64,000 nucleotides of DNA from positions 21,248 through 85,247 of IMG/VR virus record IMGVR_UViG_3300014204_000153; one strand, 5' to 3'. Each line of letters starts with the position of its first letter. Position 1 is the first letter of the stretch. The notes below the pieces were generated by a model that was not told where the DNA came from, did no database searches, and saw only the letters and a program-made list of their open reading frames with translations. This DNA is from a virus. Taxonomy: Duplodnaviria; Caudoviricetes. The translations under genes were made by a program, and so were the position numbers. This document shows, piece after piece, positions 1 to 9,485 of the stretch.

Positions 1-99
1 AGGAGAGGTGCTGGTGGTATTGACTGGGTGAGAGTAAGGGTAGAATTTGTTGGTGATGGTGAACCTTCTGATTTCTCTGGTGGATGGATGAAAATTTGA
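1..99 (+). CDS. 3' end of a gene truncated by the window edge (…RRGAGGIDWVRVRVEFVGDGEPSDFSGGWMKI*)
   Basis: Open frame 1 ending in TGA at 97-99, just before a promoter. Confidence 0.5.
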   Translation, partial: RRGAGGIDWVRVRVEFVGDGEPSDFSGGWMKI

Positions 100-155
100 A
101 AAGTAGTTGACATTGGGAATTCCATTGTTTATATTATTACTATTGAAATTGAAAC
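100..155 (+). promoter_or_regulatory. Conserved early sigma70-type promoter, copy 1
   Basis: AAAGTAG-TTGACA(107-112)-17 nt-TATATT(130-135)-ATTACTATTGAAATTGAAAC. Confidence 0.9.
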
Positions 156-211
156 AAAATGACTTGCATATTATAAAAAATAAACTGAGTAAATTCACCG
201 AAAGGAACTAA

Positions 212-424
212 ATGAAACAGATTCCTGCCGTAGATGTACAGGAAGGTGATGCACTTGAATTTACTCATCCTTTATTTGGAGAAATGACAACTGGAGTTGT
301 CATTGAAATTGAAAAGATAACAAATGGTTCTTCGATAATATCCAAGTTTGCAGTAAAACTTTCGAACAATACCATTCAACATATACAATACCGTGCAAAT
401 GGAACCGTTTGGAAAGTTGAATAA
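212..424 (+). CDS. Hypothetical protein
   Basis: 70-aa ORF with AGGAA RBS after the promoter. Confidence 0.7.
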   Translation: MKQIPAVDVQEGDALEFTHPLFGEMTTGVVIEIEKITNGSSIISKFAVKLSNNTIQHIQYRANGTVWKVE

Positions 425-441
425 AAACAAAGGAGATAATA

Positions 442-834
442 ATGAAAAAGAATGAAGCTAAAGAAATTCGCACTCTCTTGTATCTTGATGATATCAGAGA
501 ACCTGGAATGATGACTTCTCCTGTTTTTATGGGCCAAAAGGAGATGTATGAAGATCTTGGTTTTGAAGTTAAAGTTGTAGTATGTAAAAATGTTACTGAT
601 GCTGCTACTGCTGTAATGAATGCATCTGGAACTTTGGCTTTAGCAAGTTTGGACCACGATCTCGGTACAAAAGCAGATGGAATGGACTTTCTTAAATGGC
701 TGCTTCAGGCCATCGATGATAAGAAAGTTAAAGTTACTTCAGCTTTCTGGATTTACTTTCATACTGGTAATGCTCCAGCAAAAATGCAAATGGATTCATA
801 TTATAAATCCTGGATGAAAGCAAAAGAACTATGA
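442..834 (+). CDS. Cyclic-phosphate-processing receiver-like domain protein
   Basis: LYLDDIREP, LDHDLG, GMDFLKWL and HTGN motifs; lies next to RtcB. Confidence 0.7.
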   Translation: MKKNEAKEIRTLLYLDDIREPGMMTSPVFMGQKEMYEDLGFEVKVVVCKNVTDAATAVMNASGTLALASLDHDLGTKADGMDFLKWLLQAIDDKKVKVTSAFWIYFHTGNAPAKMQMDSYYKSWMKAKEL

Positions 835-1034
835 AAATTGATATGAAGTTTTTATGTGGAGCTATTATAGCATCTATGTCTATTACATTTTTAATTGTGA
901 TGTCTCTTTTAATCATGGCTCCGGATAATATCAATAACTATTCTTTTCTTTGTTCATTGAAATATGGACTTCCTATTTCTACAGCTGGACTTTTAGCTGG
1001 ACTTTTAATGATGACAAATAAAACAGGAGAATGA
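831..1034 (+). CDS. Small membrane protein (two TM segments)
   Basis: Two hydrophobic stretches; ATGA overlaps with both neighbours. Confidence 0.6.
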   Translation: MKIDMKFLCGAIIASMSITFLIVMSLLIMAPDNINNYSFLCSLKYGLPISTAGLLAGLLMMTNKTGE

Positions 1035-2164
1035 AAATGATAGAGATAAAGGGCAGTCAATGTAATCCAGTAATTTATGCAGATGGTATGGACTCTGAAT
1101 CATGGAAACAAGTTATAAACATTTCTAACACTTCAAAATTCTCTCGTGAAAGAGTCAGAATTATGCCAGATGTTCATGCTGGCAAGGGATGTGTAATAGG
1201 TTTTACATCTACAATAAATGACATCACAAGTGTATCTCCAGATCTTGTTGGAGTTGACATTGGTTGTGGAGTGTATGGAATTAATTTCAGATGCTCAGAT
1301 TTAAAGAGCAGATTTCCTGAATTTGATGCAAGAGTTCGAAATGAAATAAAGCATGGAAACTCAGTAAATGATTCTATTGATAGTATTTTTGCTCAGTCTA
1401 AATTGGCTAAAAGAATGAAAGAAGCATGTGAATGGAGCGGAAGTTTGGATAAGTATGAAAGGGACCTTGCTAGTTTTGGAACTCTTGGTGGCGGTAATCA
1501 TTTTATTGAAATAGATGAATGTAAAGATGGAAGTTATGTTCTTCTTGTTCATAGTGGAAGTAGAAATTTTGGTCACAGAGTTGCTACATTCTGGAGTAAA
1601 ATATGTTCTTATCAAGAAAATGGAATAAAATTTCTTAGTACATGGGAGGCTATGAGTTACATTAATCATCAGAAAATCGCAGTTGAGTTTGCTGCTGTAA
1701 ACAGAATAAACATAACCATGAGACTTCTTAGTATGCTTAAAATTAATTCAAATGAACGAATGTGGAGAGTAGATTCTGTTCATAATTTTTTCGATGATTA
1801 TTATCGTATTGTAAGAAAAGGAGCCACTTCAGCTAACAAAGATGAAGAATTGTTCATTCCTCTTAACATGGGCAGAGGTACTATTTTAGCTGTTGGAAAA
1901 GGAAATATTGAATGGAATAGATCTGCACCTCATGGAGCTGGAAGAACAATGAGCAGAAGTCAAGCTAAAGTTTCTATTTCTATTGATAAATTCTCAGAAT
2001 CGATGAAAAATGTATATACATCATGTATAAGTGATAAAACTTTGGATGAAAGTCCTCAAGCATATAAAGATTTTGGTACAGATAAAGAGATAACCGAGAT
2101 GTTAGAACCTACAGCTGAAGTTGTAGAGATCATGAAACCAGTCTACAATTTTAAATCTTTTTAA
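1031..2164 (+). CDS. rtcB: RtcB-family RNA ligase
   Basis: MPDVHAGKGCVIG, VGVDIGCG, GTLGGGNHFIE, VHSGSRNFG, HN, SAPHGAGR and DESPQAYK motifs. Confidence 0.95.
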   Translation: MKMIEIKGSQCNPVIYADGMDSESWKQVINISNTSKFSRERVRIMPDVHAGKGCVIGFTSTINDITSVSPDLVGVDIGCGVYGINFRCSDLKSRFPEFDARVRNEIKHGNSVNDSIDSIFAQSKLAKRMKEACEWSGSLDKYERDLASFGTLGGGNHFIEIDECKDGSYVLLVHSGSRNFGHRVATFWSKICSYQENGIKFLSTWEAMSYINHQKIAVEFAAVNRINITMRLLSMLKINSNERMWRVDSVHNFFDDYYRIVRKGATSANKDEELFIPLNMGRGTILAVGKGNIEWNRSAPHGAGRTMSRSQAKVSISIDKFSESMKNVYTSCISDKTLDESPQAYKDFGTDKEITEMLEPTAEVVEIMKPVYNFKSF

Positions 2165-2220
2165 AAAGTAGTTGACATTTAACTACAAATGATTTATATT
2201 ATTACTATTGAAATTGAAAC
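2163..2220 (+). promoter_or_regulatory. Conserved early promoter, copy 2
   Basis: TTGACA 2172-2177, TATATT 2195-2200, same flanks as copy 1. Confidence 0.9.
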
Positions 2221-2241
2221 AACAAACAAAGGAGAAGGAAA

Positions 2242-2411
2242 TGAAACTTATAATTAATGGATATGGTAAAAAATGGAGTATTATTGATATTGAATCTGGT
2301 ATGAGATATGATGGAAAAGAATGGACAGGTGATAAACATAAAGCAAAAATTTATACAAAAGCAAGTGAAGCGGCAGCAGTTGCTGATAATCTTGATTCTT
2401 TAAAAAAGTAG
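2242..2411 (+). CDS. Hypothetical protein (likely start MKLIINGY)
   Basis: ATG follows the AAGGAG RBS; the longer TTG start overlaps the promoter. Confidence 0.6.
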
Positions 2412-2460
2412 TTGACATTTAACAACCAATGATTTATATTATTACTATTGAAATTGAAAC
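2402..2460 (+). promoter_or_regulatory. Conserved early promoter, copy 3
   Basis: TTGACA 2412-2417, TATATT 2435-2440. Confidence 0.9.
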
Positions 2461-2489
2461 AGAGGTAAAACTTAAACGAGGAGAATGCA

Positions 2490-2798
2490 ATGGAAAAGAA
2501 CTTTGATTTCTACGTGCTAGTCGGAACAGACAAAGAAGGTGTGAAGCATCTTATGAAAGTGGCAAAAGTTGCTGTTTATCACAAGAATACTGGCAAGAAC
2601 ATATATGTTTATTCTATCATTGATTGGAACAATGCAGAAGTTTACACAGCGAAAAGTTTTCAGGATGTTAAAGATACTCTCGATCGTAACATATCTTTCG
2701 CTCAGGAAGTTACAGAGAACACTGCTGCTACTCCGTTTATGCCGAATAATTTTCTTACATGGATGTTCGAAATTGTTGGAATCAACGTACCTATGTAA
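2490..2798 (+). CDS. Hypothetical protein
   Basis: 102-aa ORF with GAGGAG RBS. Confidence 0.75.
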   Translation: MEKNFDFYVLVGTDKEGVKHLMKVAKVAVYHKNTGKNIYVYSIIDWNNAEVYTAKSFQDVKDTLDRNISFAQEVTENTAATPFMPNNFLTWMFEIVGINVPM

Positions 2799-2806
2799 AA
2801 TCAGTC

Positions 2807-2894
2807 GGAGAGTTGGCCGAGTTGGTCTATGGCGGCGGTCTTGAAAACCGCTGAAGCAAGTCTTCCGTAGGTTCGAATCCTACACTCTCCGCCA
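2807..2894 (+). tRNA. tRNA-Ser(UGA)
   Basis: Acceptor stem GGAGAGT/ACTCTCC, anticodon arm GCGGT-CT-TGA-AA-ACCGC, long variable arm, GTTCGAATC, encoded CCA. Confidence 0.95.
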
Positions 2895-2908
2895 AAAAGG
2901 AATTAACA

Positions 2909-3076
2909 TGAAAGATCAAATAAGCAGAAATAAAGTTTTACTTAAACTTACTACAATGATTGAAACTGAAAGAAATATGGCTTATGCATTTTCAAACCAT
3001 TCTAATGATATGCATAAATTTAGAATGGAAACTATTGAAGATATCAAAAATATGATAAAATATGAAGAATTTTAAA
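2909..3076 (+). CDS. Small hypothetical protein (55 aa, not in the ORF track)
   Basis: AAGGA RBS, ATG…TAA (MKDQISRNK…YEEF). Confidence 0.55.
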
Positions 3077-3136
3077 AGGAGAATGAATTGAAAACTAAAA
3101 AGACAGTTGACAGAGAGAAGTTGATTATGAAGCTTA

Positions 3137-3493
3137 ATGAATTTATTTCAATTGAACAAGATCGCATTAATGCTGCTTTTTCTGATTTGTTCAAGACTAT
3201 GTACATGGGTAGAAAAGATGCTTTCGAGGAAATTTGTGATATACTTCAGTCTGGAGAAATATAAAATGATTAAAAAGACATCAGATTTAATGTTAAGGAT
3301 GAGTGAGATACAAATTGGGTTTGCATTTGTCATATTACAGTTTATTTCTGTTGGACTGTTAGTACAGCTGTGGTTTTTCGTAACAATGTATTTTTCTGTT
3401 TCAATGCTTTTATGCGCAGTCATATTTGGAATTATTGAATATTTTGAGAAAGAATCAGAGGAAGATAAAAATAAACGAGTTCCCGGTGATTAA
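3137..3493 (+). CDS. Hypothetical membrane protein
   Basis: Hydrophobic segments; operon position. Confidence 0.55.
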   Translation: MNLFQLNKIALMLLFLICSRLCTWVEKMLSRKFVIYFSLEKYKMIKKTSDLMLRMSEIQIGFAFVILQFISVGLLVQLWFFVTMYFSVSMLLCAVIFGIIEYFEKESEEDKNKRVPGD

Positions 3494-3583
3494 AAATTTT
3501 GGAGGATTTGTCTATGAAGTGAATGTTTTAAAAATTGAAGTCTCATAATTATAATGTTTTAAAACCTAAAATGGAGGAAACAA

Positions 3584-4402
3584 ATGAAGAATGTTCATCT
3601 TCTTGTAATCGACCCACAGCTTGACTTTTGTGACCCTGCTGGAAATCTGTTCGTTCAGGGAGCTGTTGAAGATATGCAGCGTCTTTCGAAATTTGTCAGG
3701 GACAATGGAAGTAAGATCGGTCAAATTCACTGTACACTCGACAGTCATCATCTTATTCATATCGCTCATCCGGTTTTCTGGCTGGATAGTAATAGTAATA
3801 ATCCTGGTCCGTTTACTATTATCACAGCCGAAGATGTTCGACAGGGTAAGTGGATTCCTGCGAAGTTCTATCTTCGAAATGAAGCTACAAAATATGTTGA
3901 AACTCTTGAACGTGGCGGACGATATCCACTGTGTATTTGGCCGCCTCATTGCCTCATTGGAACACCCGGTGCTGCTATCGTTAAAGAAGTAATGGAATCC
4001 TTTAATGATTGGAGCAAGCGTTCGTTCTCTGTCATCGACTTTGTTGCCAAAGGTTCGAATCCTCTTCGTGAACATTATTCCGCTGTTAAAGCCGAAGTGT
4101 TCGATACATCAGATCCCAGCACCGGTCTTAACACTGACCTGGTGAGCACTCTCGAGAACGCTGACGAGATTCTTATCGCAGGTGAAGCTCTTTCTCACTG
4201 TGTGGCGAATACTCTTCGAGATATTGCTGATGCATTCAGTGATAATAATTATGTTTCCAAGATGACTCTTCTTCGTGACTGCACATCGCCCGTTGGAGAT
4301 CCTCCTGGAGCCACACTGTTCACAGACATGGCTGAACAGTTCATTACTGAGATGACAAAGAGGGGAATGAAGGTTACAACCTCTGATGCATGGGGAATCT
4401 AA
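3584..4402 (+). CDS. Nicotinamidase / isochorismatase-family cysteine hydrolase (PncA-like)
   Basis: VIDPQLDF (catalytic Asp), TLDSHH and WPPHC (metal ligands), VAKG (Lys), GEALSHCV (nucleophile Cys). Confidence 0.9.
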   Translation: MKNVHLLVIDPQLDFCDPAGNLFVQGAVEDMQRLSKFVRDNGSKIGQIHCTLDSHHLIHIAHPVFWLDSNSNNPGPFTIITAEDVRQGKWIPAKFYLRNEATKYVETLERGGRYPLCIWPPHCLIGTPGAAIVKEVMESFNDWSKRSFSVIDFVAKGSNPLREHYSAVKAEVFDTSDPSTGLNTDLVSTLENADEILIAGEALSHCVANTLRDIADAFSDNNYVSKMTLLRDCTSPVGDPPGATLFTDMAEQFITEMTKRGMKVTTSDAWGI

Positions 4403-4410
4403 ATAATCCG

Positions 4411-4448
4411 GAATGGAGAGAAATCTTTTAATTAGATTCTCTCCATTC
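4411..4448 (+). terminator. Hairpin between the nicotinamidase and vWA genes
   Basis: GAATGGAGAGAAATCT / AGATTCTCTCCATTC inverted repeat; weak U-tract. Confidence 0.55.
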
Positions 4449-4474
4449 AAAAATGAAAATAATAGGAGAAGAAA

Positions 4475-5209
4475 ATGAAAGATGATATGGAAACAATGAA
4501 CATCGGAAAGTCTCATTATGGCTTTTCTGCTACAAAGCTTTCCAATCTCGGAGCTTCTGAGTATACACTTGCTGTGATTGCTGTAGATGTTTCCGGTTCT
4601 GTTTCGTATTTTAAAGACGAAATTGAGAAATGTCTAAGGGAGATTATCATTGCATGCCAGAAATCTCCGCGAGCAGACAATCTTCTCGTTCGAATCATCA
4701 AGTTCGGTGGTTATGGAGTAGATGAGATTCATGGGTTCAAGCTTCTTTCGGAGTGCGGTCCTGATTCTTACATTGGTACTCTCAATTGTAATGGTTCTAC
4801 TCCACTGTTCGATGCATGTATCTCCGGTCTCGGTTCTATCGAAACATACGGAAATACTCTGTTCTCCAATGATTTTGATGTGAACGCGATCTTTATTGCT
4901 ATCACTGATGGAGAGGACAATAATAGTACAAGCGGAATGTCCGCTGTTCGTAATGCTATCGATGGAATGGCAAAACGAGAGGATATTGAATCTCTTGTGA
5001 GTATTCTCGTCGGAGTTAACATCACAGACACCACTGCAGCAAAAGCTCTGAAGGATTTTTCTACAACATCGAATTTTACTCAGTATGTTGAGATCGACAA
5101 TGCGAAGTCCAGTACAATCGCGAAGTTGGCTCAGTTTGTTTCGAAGAGTATCTCGAGTCAGAGTCAGTCACTCGGAAAGGGAGCTGCAAGCCAACCTCTT
5201 AGTTTCTAA
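4475..5209 (+). CDS. vWA-domain protein (TerY-like)
   Basis: MIDAS motif DVSGS, GSTPLFDA, ITDGEDN. Confidence 0.9.
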   Translation: MKDDMETMNIGKSHYGFSATKLSNLGASEYTLAVIAVDVSGSVSYFKDEIEKCLREIIIACQKSPRADNLLVRIIKFGGYGVDEIHGFKLLSECGPDSYIGTLNCNGSTPLFDACISGLGSIETYGNTLFSNDFDVNAIFIAITDGEDNNSTSGMSAVRNAIDGMAKREDIESLVSILVGVNITDTTAAKALKDFSTTSNFTQYVEIDNAKSSTIAKLAQFVSKSISSQSQSLGKGAASQPLSF

Positions 5210-5219
5210 AATAATTTTG

Positions 5220-5249
5220 AAAGGGAGGGGTTTTAAACCCCTCTTTTTC
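5220..5249 (+). terminator. Intrinsic terminator
   Basis: GAGGGG-TTTTAAA-CCCCTC followed by TTTTT. Confidence 0.75.
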
Positions 5250-5270
5250 ATTATTTTTATTATTAGTTTT

Positions 5271-5406
5271 AAACACTTTCAATATTCAACCAAAACTGCC
5301 TCTAGGGTTCATAGAATGATCTTAGATACACTTTATTTTTTTAAATATAGGATTTTGTATTAAAGCCAGATAAGTTGACTAGATGGTATCTAAACTGAAT
5401 CGTAGA
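5271..5406. repeat. ~136-bp dispersed repeat, copy A (inverted copy at 39532-39667)
   Basis: Near-identical blocks such as TGCCTCTAGGGTTCATAGAATGA and CAGATAAGTTGACTRGATGGTATCTARACTGAAT. Confidence 0.9.
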
Positions 5407-5422
5407 TTACATAAAATAACCA

Positions 5423-5451
5423 TTGACATTTTGCTTTCTAGATGTTATATT
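5423..5451 (+). promoter_or_regulatory. Early promoter variant, copy 4
   Basis: TTGACA 5423-5428, 17 nt, TATATT 5446-5451. Confidence 0.85.
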
Positions 5452-5456
5452 AATTA

Positions 5457-6284
5457 TTGAAAAATTTTAAAATGGAAAAAACAATGGCTAATGCAGATTC
5501 TTTTTATACAATTGGACATGGACATAAAGTATGTCAGGATTATGCTTTATCATTTAATACATATGAAAATAATCCAGCTATAGTTGTATGTGATGGCTGT
5601 TCTTCTGCCAAGAACTCTGAAGTAGGAGCAGCTATTTTAGCTCATACTATGAAAAAGTGGTCAAGAACTACATCTGCTGATAATAGAAGTAGTGCAATGA
5701 TGTATTGTAGAGATGTAGTAAAAAATATCTCAGCTGAATTAGAACTTCCATCTGAATCCTTCTTTTCAACTGTAATGTATGCTGAATATGAAAAGGGAGA
5801 TGGATTTTATGTTGATTCTTTCGGTGATGGAGTAATTATTGGAATTAGAAAAGATGGAGGAATAACATATACGACAAGAGAATTTAAAAGTGGTGCTCCA
5901 TTTTATATGGCTTATTTGTTCGATAAAGAAACAGAAAAATCATATTCTCAAACATTTGGAACTGAATCAATTATAACTACTCATACCATTACAGAAAAAG
6001 GTGAAGATTTTAACCCGTTTATTTCAAATCAGTTTAGTATATTTAGATCTTGGTTTTCAACTTTGTTTAGCGAATCTGATTATGATGCAGTAATACTTTG
6101 TACCGATGGAATTTTATCATTTCAACCTGAATTATCAACTGCATCTATAGCGAGGAATCTTACTGAATTTAAGAATAAAAATGGTCAGTTCATTGAAAGA
6201 AGACTTAAAAGATTTTTATCTACTATGAATGAAACTGGTTTCAAACATTTTGATGATATTGGAGTTGGAGGGATAACGTTGTGA
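5457..6284 (+). CDS. PP2C-like protein phosphatase (start probably ATG 5472 or 5484)
   Basis: GHGHKVCQD, VVCDGCSSA…SEVGA, GDG, LCTDG and DD motifs. Confidence 0.85.
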   Translation: MKNFKMEKTMANADSFYTIGHGHKVCQDYALSFNTYENNPAIVVCDGCSSAKNSEVGAAILAHTMKKWSRTTSADNRSSAMMYCRDVVKNISAELELPSESFFSTVMYAEYEKGDGFYVDSFGDGVIIGIRKDGGITYTTREFKSGAPFYMAYLFDKETEKSYSQTFGTESIITTHTITEKGEDFNPFISNQFSIFRSWFSTLFSESDYDAVILCTDGILSFQPELSTASIARNLTEFKNKNGQFIERRLKRFLSTMNETGFKHFDDIGVGGITL

Positions 6285-7951
6285 AAGTTATAATGAATGG
6301 TAGAGAATATAATCTTTCTAAATCTGACTTTTTAGCTTCTGGTGGAGAAGGCGATGTTTATGCTAAACCAGAAGGTGTATTCAAAATATACCATGATAAA
6401 ACACGAGTTCTTCATCCTGGTAAATTCGCCGAACTTTCTAAGATATCTAGCAATTTGGTAATTAAGCCAACAGATCTTTTATATTCTGGCTCAGATGTAA
6501 TTGGCTATAGGATGGATTATGTAAAGAATACATATTCGCTCTGTCAACTTTTCACAAAAAGTTTTAAAGATAGAATGGGAGTATCTTCTGATAGAATTCT
6601 TTACTTAGTAAGGAATATGTCTGATACTTTGAAGAATAGTATTCATTCAACTGGTGTTTTAGTAGTCGATCTTAATGAACTAAATTGTTTAGCTGATAAA
6701 GATTTTAATAAAGTGTTTTACATAGATGTAGATTCATGGCAGACAAAGAATTACAGAGCTACTGCTATAATGGATAGTGTTAGAGATTGGAATTCTAATG
6801 ATTTTGATGAAGGCACAGATTGGTTTAGCTTTGCGGTTGTAACATTTCAAATGCTCGTAGGAATACATCCTTATCGTGGAAGATATCCTCAGAAGTTAAC
6901 TCTTATAGATAGAATGAAACAAAAAATATCAGTCTTTAATAAAGATGTATCAGTTCCAACTTCATGTGAACCTTTAGATTCTCTTCCGCCAAGATATAAG
7001 TCATGGTATGAATCTGTGTTTGAAGATGGAATGAGAGATGAGTTTCCTGAAGATAGAAGCACTATGCTTACTGTAGTTAAGAAAGTAAAACTGGCTGGAA
7101 CTGCTTTAAGGATTGAAGAATTATTCTCAGTACCTCCTTCTAATGGGAATATAACAGGTTACTATTATTCTGTTAATTGTGAACTAATTAAGACTTCAAA
7201 TTCTATTCATAAAAATAGAAAATCTTCAGTAAATCAATCTGTTAAAGAAATAATATTTTGGCAAGGTAATTCTTTTGGAGTTAATATAGATCCTGTATCT
7301 GATGATGTAGTAGTATTTGATCTTAATACAGGAAAAGCCGTAACTAATTCAAGAAGATGCACAGATGGTATATTTTTATCTTGTGGAAGATTATATTCTA
7401 AATATGATGATTCTATATTCGAATTCCAATTTGCTGGTTCAGTGTTCAATCCACTTGGGATGTGGAAACTTGTTGCTAAAACAATGCCAATGTCCACAAA
7501 AATTCTAGATGGATTCACAGTTCAAAATATGCTTGGAAGATGGGTAGCTGATATATACCCATCTTCTGGAAAACATATCCAAATTTCTCTACCAAAACTT
7601 GATGGGAAAAAAATTATATCGGGTTCAGCTAGAGGAAATGTTATTGTATTACTAGTTTCTGGGTCTGGAAAATATGATAGGTATATGTTCAAAGTAACAG
7701 ATTTTAATGGTATAGTAGAAGAATGTATTATTAAAGATGTACCATTTTCAGAAGTAAATATGATTTTGCTTGATAGCGGAGTTTATGTATTAATAAGTGA
7801 AGATAGTTCTATTGAATTCTTTAGAAATTCTATATCATCACGAACTGAAGTTACAGATCAAGCTATAAATAATTCTATGAGGCTTTACACTGATGGGGCA
7901 TCTGTAATAGCAGCAGATGGAAATAGACTTCTTAAGATAAGCACTAAATGA
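6281..7951 (+). CDS. Ser/Thr protein kinase with a C-terminal beta-rich domain
   Basis: GGEGDVY glycine loop, VFKIY Lys, VVDLNELN catalytic loop, IDVDS, DWFSFAV. Confidence 0.88.
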   Translation: MKVIMNGREYNLSKSDFLASGGEGDVYAKPEGVFKIYHDKTRVLHPGKFAELSKISSNLVIKPTDLLYSGSDVIGYRMDYVKNTYSLCQLFTKSFKDRMGVSSDRILYLVRNMSDTLKNSIHSTGVLVVDLNELNCLADKDFNKVFYIDVDSWQTKNYRATAIMDSVRDWNSNDFDEGTDWFSFAVVTFQMLVGIHPYRGRYPQKLTLIDRMKQKISVFNKDVSVPTSCEPLDSLPPRYKSWYESVFEDGMRDEFPEDRSTMLTVVKKVKLAGTALRIEELFSVPPSNGNITGYYYSVNCELIKTSNSIHKNRKSSVNQSVKEIIFWQGNSFGVNIDPVSDDVVVFDLNTGKAVTNSRRCTDGIFLSCGRLYSKYDDSIFEFQFAGSVFNPLGMWKLVAKTMPMSTKILDGFTVQNMLGRWVADIYPSSGKHIQISLPKLDGKKIISGSARGNVIVLLVSGSGKYDRYMFKVTDFNGIVEECIIKDVPFSEVNMILLDSGVYVLISEDSSIEFFRNSISSRTEVTDQAINNSMRLYTDGASVIAADGNRLLKISTK

Positions 7952-7964
7952 AATTGGAGGAATT

Positions 7965-8720
7965 GTGAACATAGCAGCATGTACAGTTTGGTATAATGAA
8001 GAAGATTTTGCTCCATTCTTTCTTAGGCATTATCTTTACGTCGATAAGATTTTTGTTTTGGTTGATTCTGCTACAGATGATTTTACAAGGGAAATTCTTG
8101 GACAATATCATAATGTTGAACAAAGAGAAATAGTATTTCCAGAAGAAGGAGTAGATGAAGATCAGAAAATTTCAGAAATAATGAATGTTTATGAAGAATG
8201 TTATGATTATGATTGGTTTTATAATGTTGATGCTGATGAACTTATATTTCCACCAGATGGACTTCATCCATATAGTTTTTTAAGATCTTGTAATGAATCT
8301 GTTATACGAGCAGATTTAATTCAAGTTTATAGACATGAATCTGAAAAAGATCTTGATTATAGTTTAGATAGAGCATTTGAACAAAGAAGGCATGGTACAA
8401 GAACTCTTATGATAAATGGAGCAGACCAAGGACATTTATATCATAAACCAATAATCGTTAGAACTTATGGTGTTAACCCTGTTTGGTGCCCAGGTAATCA
8501 TACTCTTCAACATGTCGGAAAGGTTTGTGAGAAGTCTTTTCTTGGAGCACACTGGGCTATGGCAGATGAAGACATAGCAATTAAGAGAAGGTTATCTAGA
8601 AAAGCTAGACAGTCAAAGAATAATCTCGCTAAAGGGTATAATATTCATCAGAAAGATATCACAGAAGAATCAATTAGAGAAGAGTGCAGAAAAAACTCAA
8701 ACTTACCGAGGGTATTCTAA
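7965..8720 (+). CDS. GT-A fold (family 2-like) glycosyltransferase
   Basis: VWYNEEDF…FLRHY, VDSATDD, WFYNVDADE DxD motif, KPI, GNH. Confidence 0.8.
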   Translation: MNIAACTVWYNEEDFAPFFLRHYLYVDKIFVLVDSATDDFTREILGQYHNVEQREIVFPEEGVDEDQKISEIMNVYEECYDYDWFYNVDADELIFPPDGLHPYSFLRSCNESVIRADLIQVYRHESEKDLDYSLDRAFEQRRHGTRTLMINGADQGHLYHKPIIVRTYGVNPVWCPGNHTLQHVGKVCEKSFLGAHWAMADEDIAIKRRLSRKARQSKNNLAKGYNIHQKDITEESIREECRKNSNLPRVF

Positions 8721-9076
8721 TGGAAATAGTAATGAAAATATTGTCCAACAAAGAGTATAAAAAAGCAGTTACTCTTCTTCATGGCCATCGTGAAGGTACT
8801 GTTCCAGAAGTCTTCAACACTATAGTTCTGATGTTGTATAATGATAAGAAGAAGATGTTCTCTGCTGGCGGATCTTCGTACAATAGATGGTCCAAGAGCA
8901 GTGGTAAAGTGTGGCGGGGGTTTAACAGGCTGAAAAGTCATCTTACTATGTTGAGAGAAGGATATTATTTTGGAAAAGATAGACTAGACTTATCTGACCA
9001 ATATGTAGTAGACGCTAGGACTGGATACGTTATGTGTTCGGCTCAGGAACTTCTTGAACGTCCATTGGAGAAATAA
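8720..9076 (+). CDS. Hypothetical protein
   Basis: TAATG coupling to the GT gene; start MEIVMK. Confidence 0.65.
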   Translation: MEIVMKILSNKEYKKAVTLLHGHREGTVPEVFNTIVLMLYNDKKKMFSAGGSSYNRWSKSSGKVWRGFNRLKSHLTMLREGYYFGKDRLDLSDQYVVDARTGYVMCSAQELLERPLEK

Positions 9077-9078
9077 TT

Positions 9079-9405
9079 ATGTCTGTTGATAATTTTACTA
9101 TCTGTCCAAAATGTCATGGTATAAAAATTGATGAAATTACAAAAATTGAACAAGAAACAAAAAGAGTAAAAGAAATGTATGGTAAAGTTCCACCTGAAGA
9201 ATATTTAGAAGCTGCTAATGCATTAGGTGAATTGGCATCTAAAGAATTCATTACAAAGACAGAAACTCTTGCAGAATATTATGAATTCTATATGACAGAA
9301 GATGGTGATTTTAATGCTAAGTATAAATGTATATGTACATCATGTGGTTTTAAATTCGAATTTAATCATAAAGAAAATGCTATAAATTCAAAAAAAACTA
9401 GTTGA
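9079..9405 (+). CDS. Zn-binding hypothetical protein
   Basis: CPKC near the N-terminus and CICTSC near the C-terminus. Confidence 0.7.
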   Translation: MSVDNFTICPKCHGIKIDEITKIEQETKRVKEMYGKVPPEEYLEAANALGELASKEFITKTETLAEYYEFYMTEDGDFNAKYKCICTSCGFKFEFNHKENAINSKKTS

Positions 9406-9445
9406 CATTCTGAATTTCATTGTTTATATTATTAATATTGAAACA
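9393..9445 (+). promoter_or_regulatory. Conserved early promoter, copy 5
   Basis: TTGACA 9402-9407, TATATT 9425-9430. Confidence 0.9.
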
Positions 9446-9485
9446 GAGAGATAAACAATGTCAATGAAGAAAACAAGGAGTAAGT

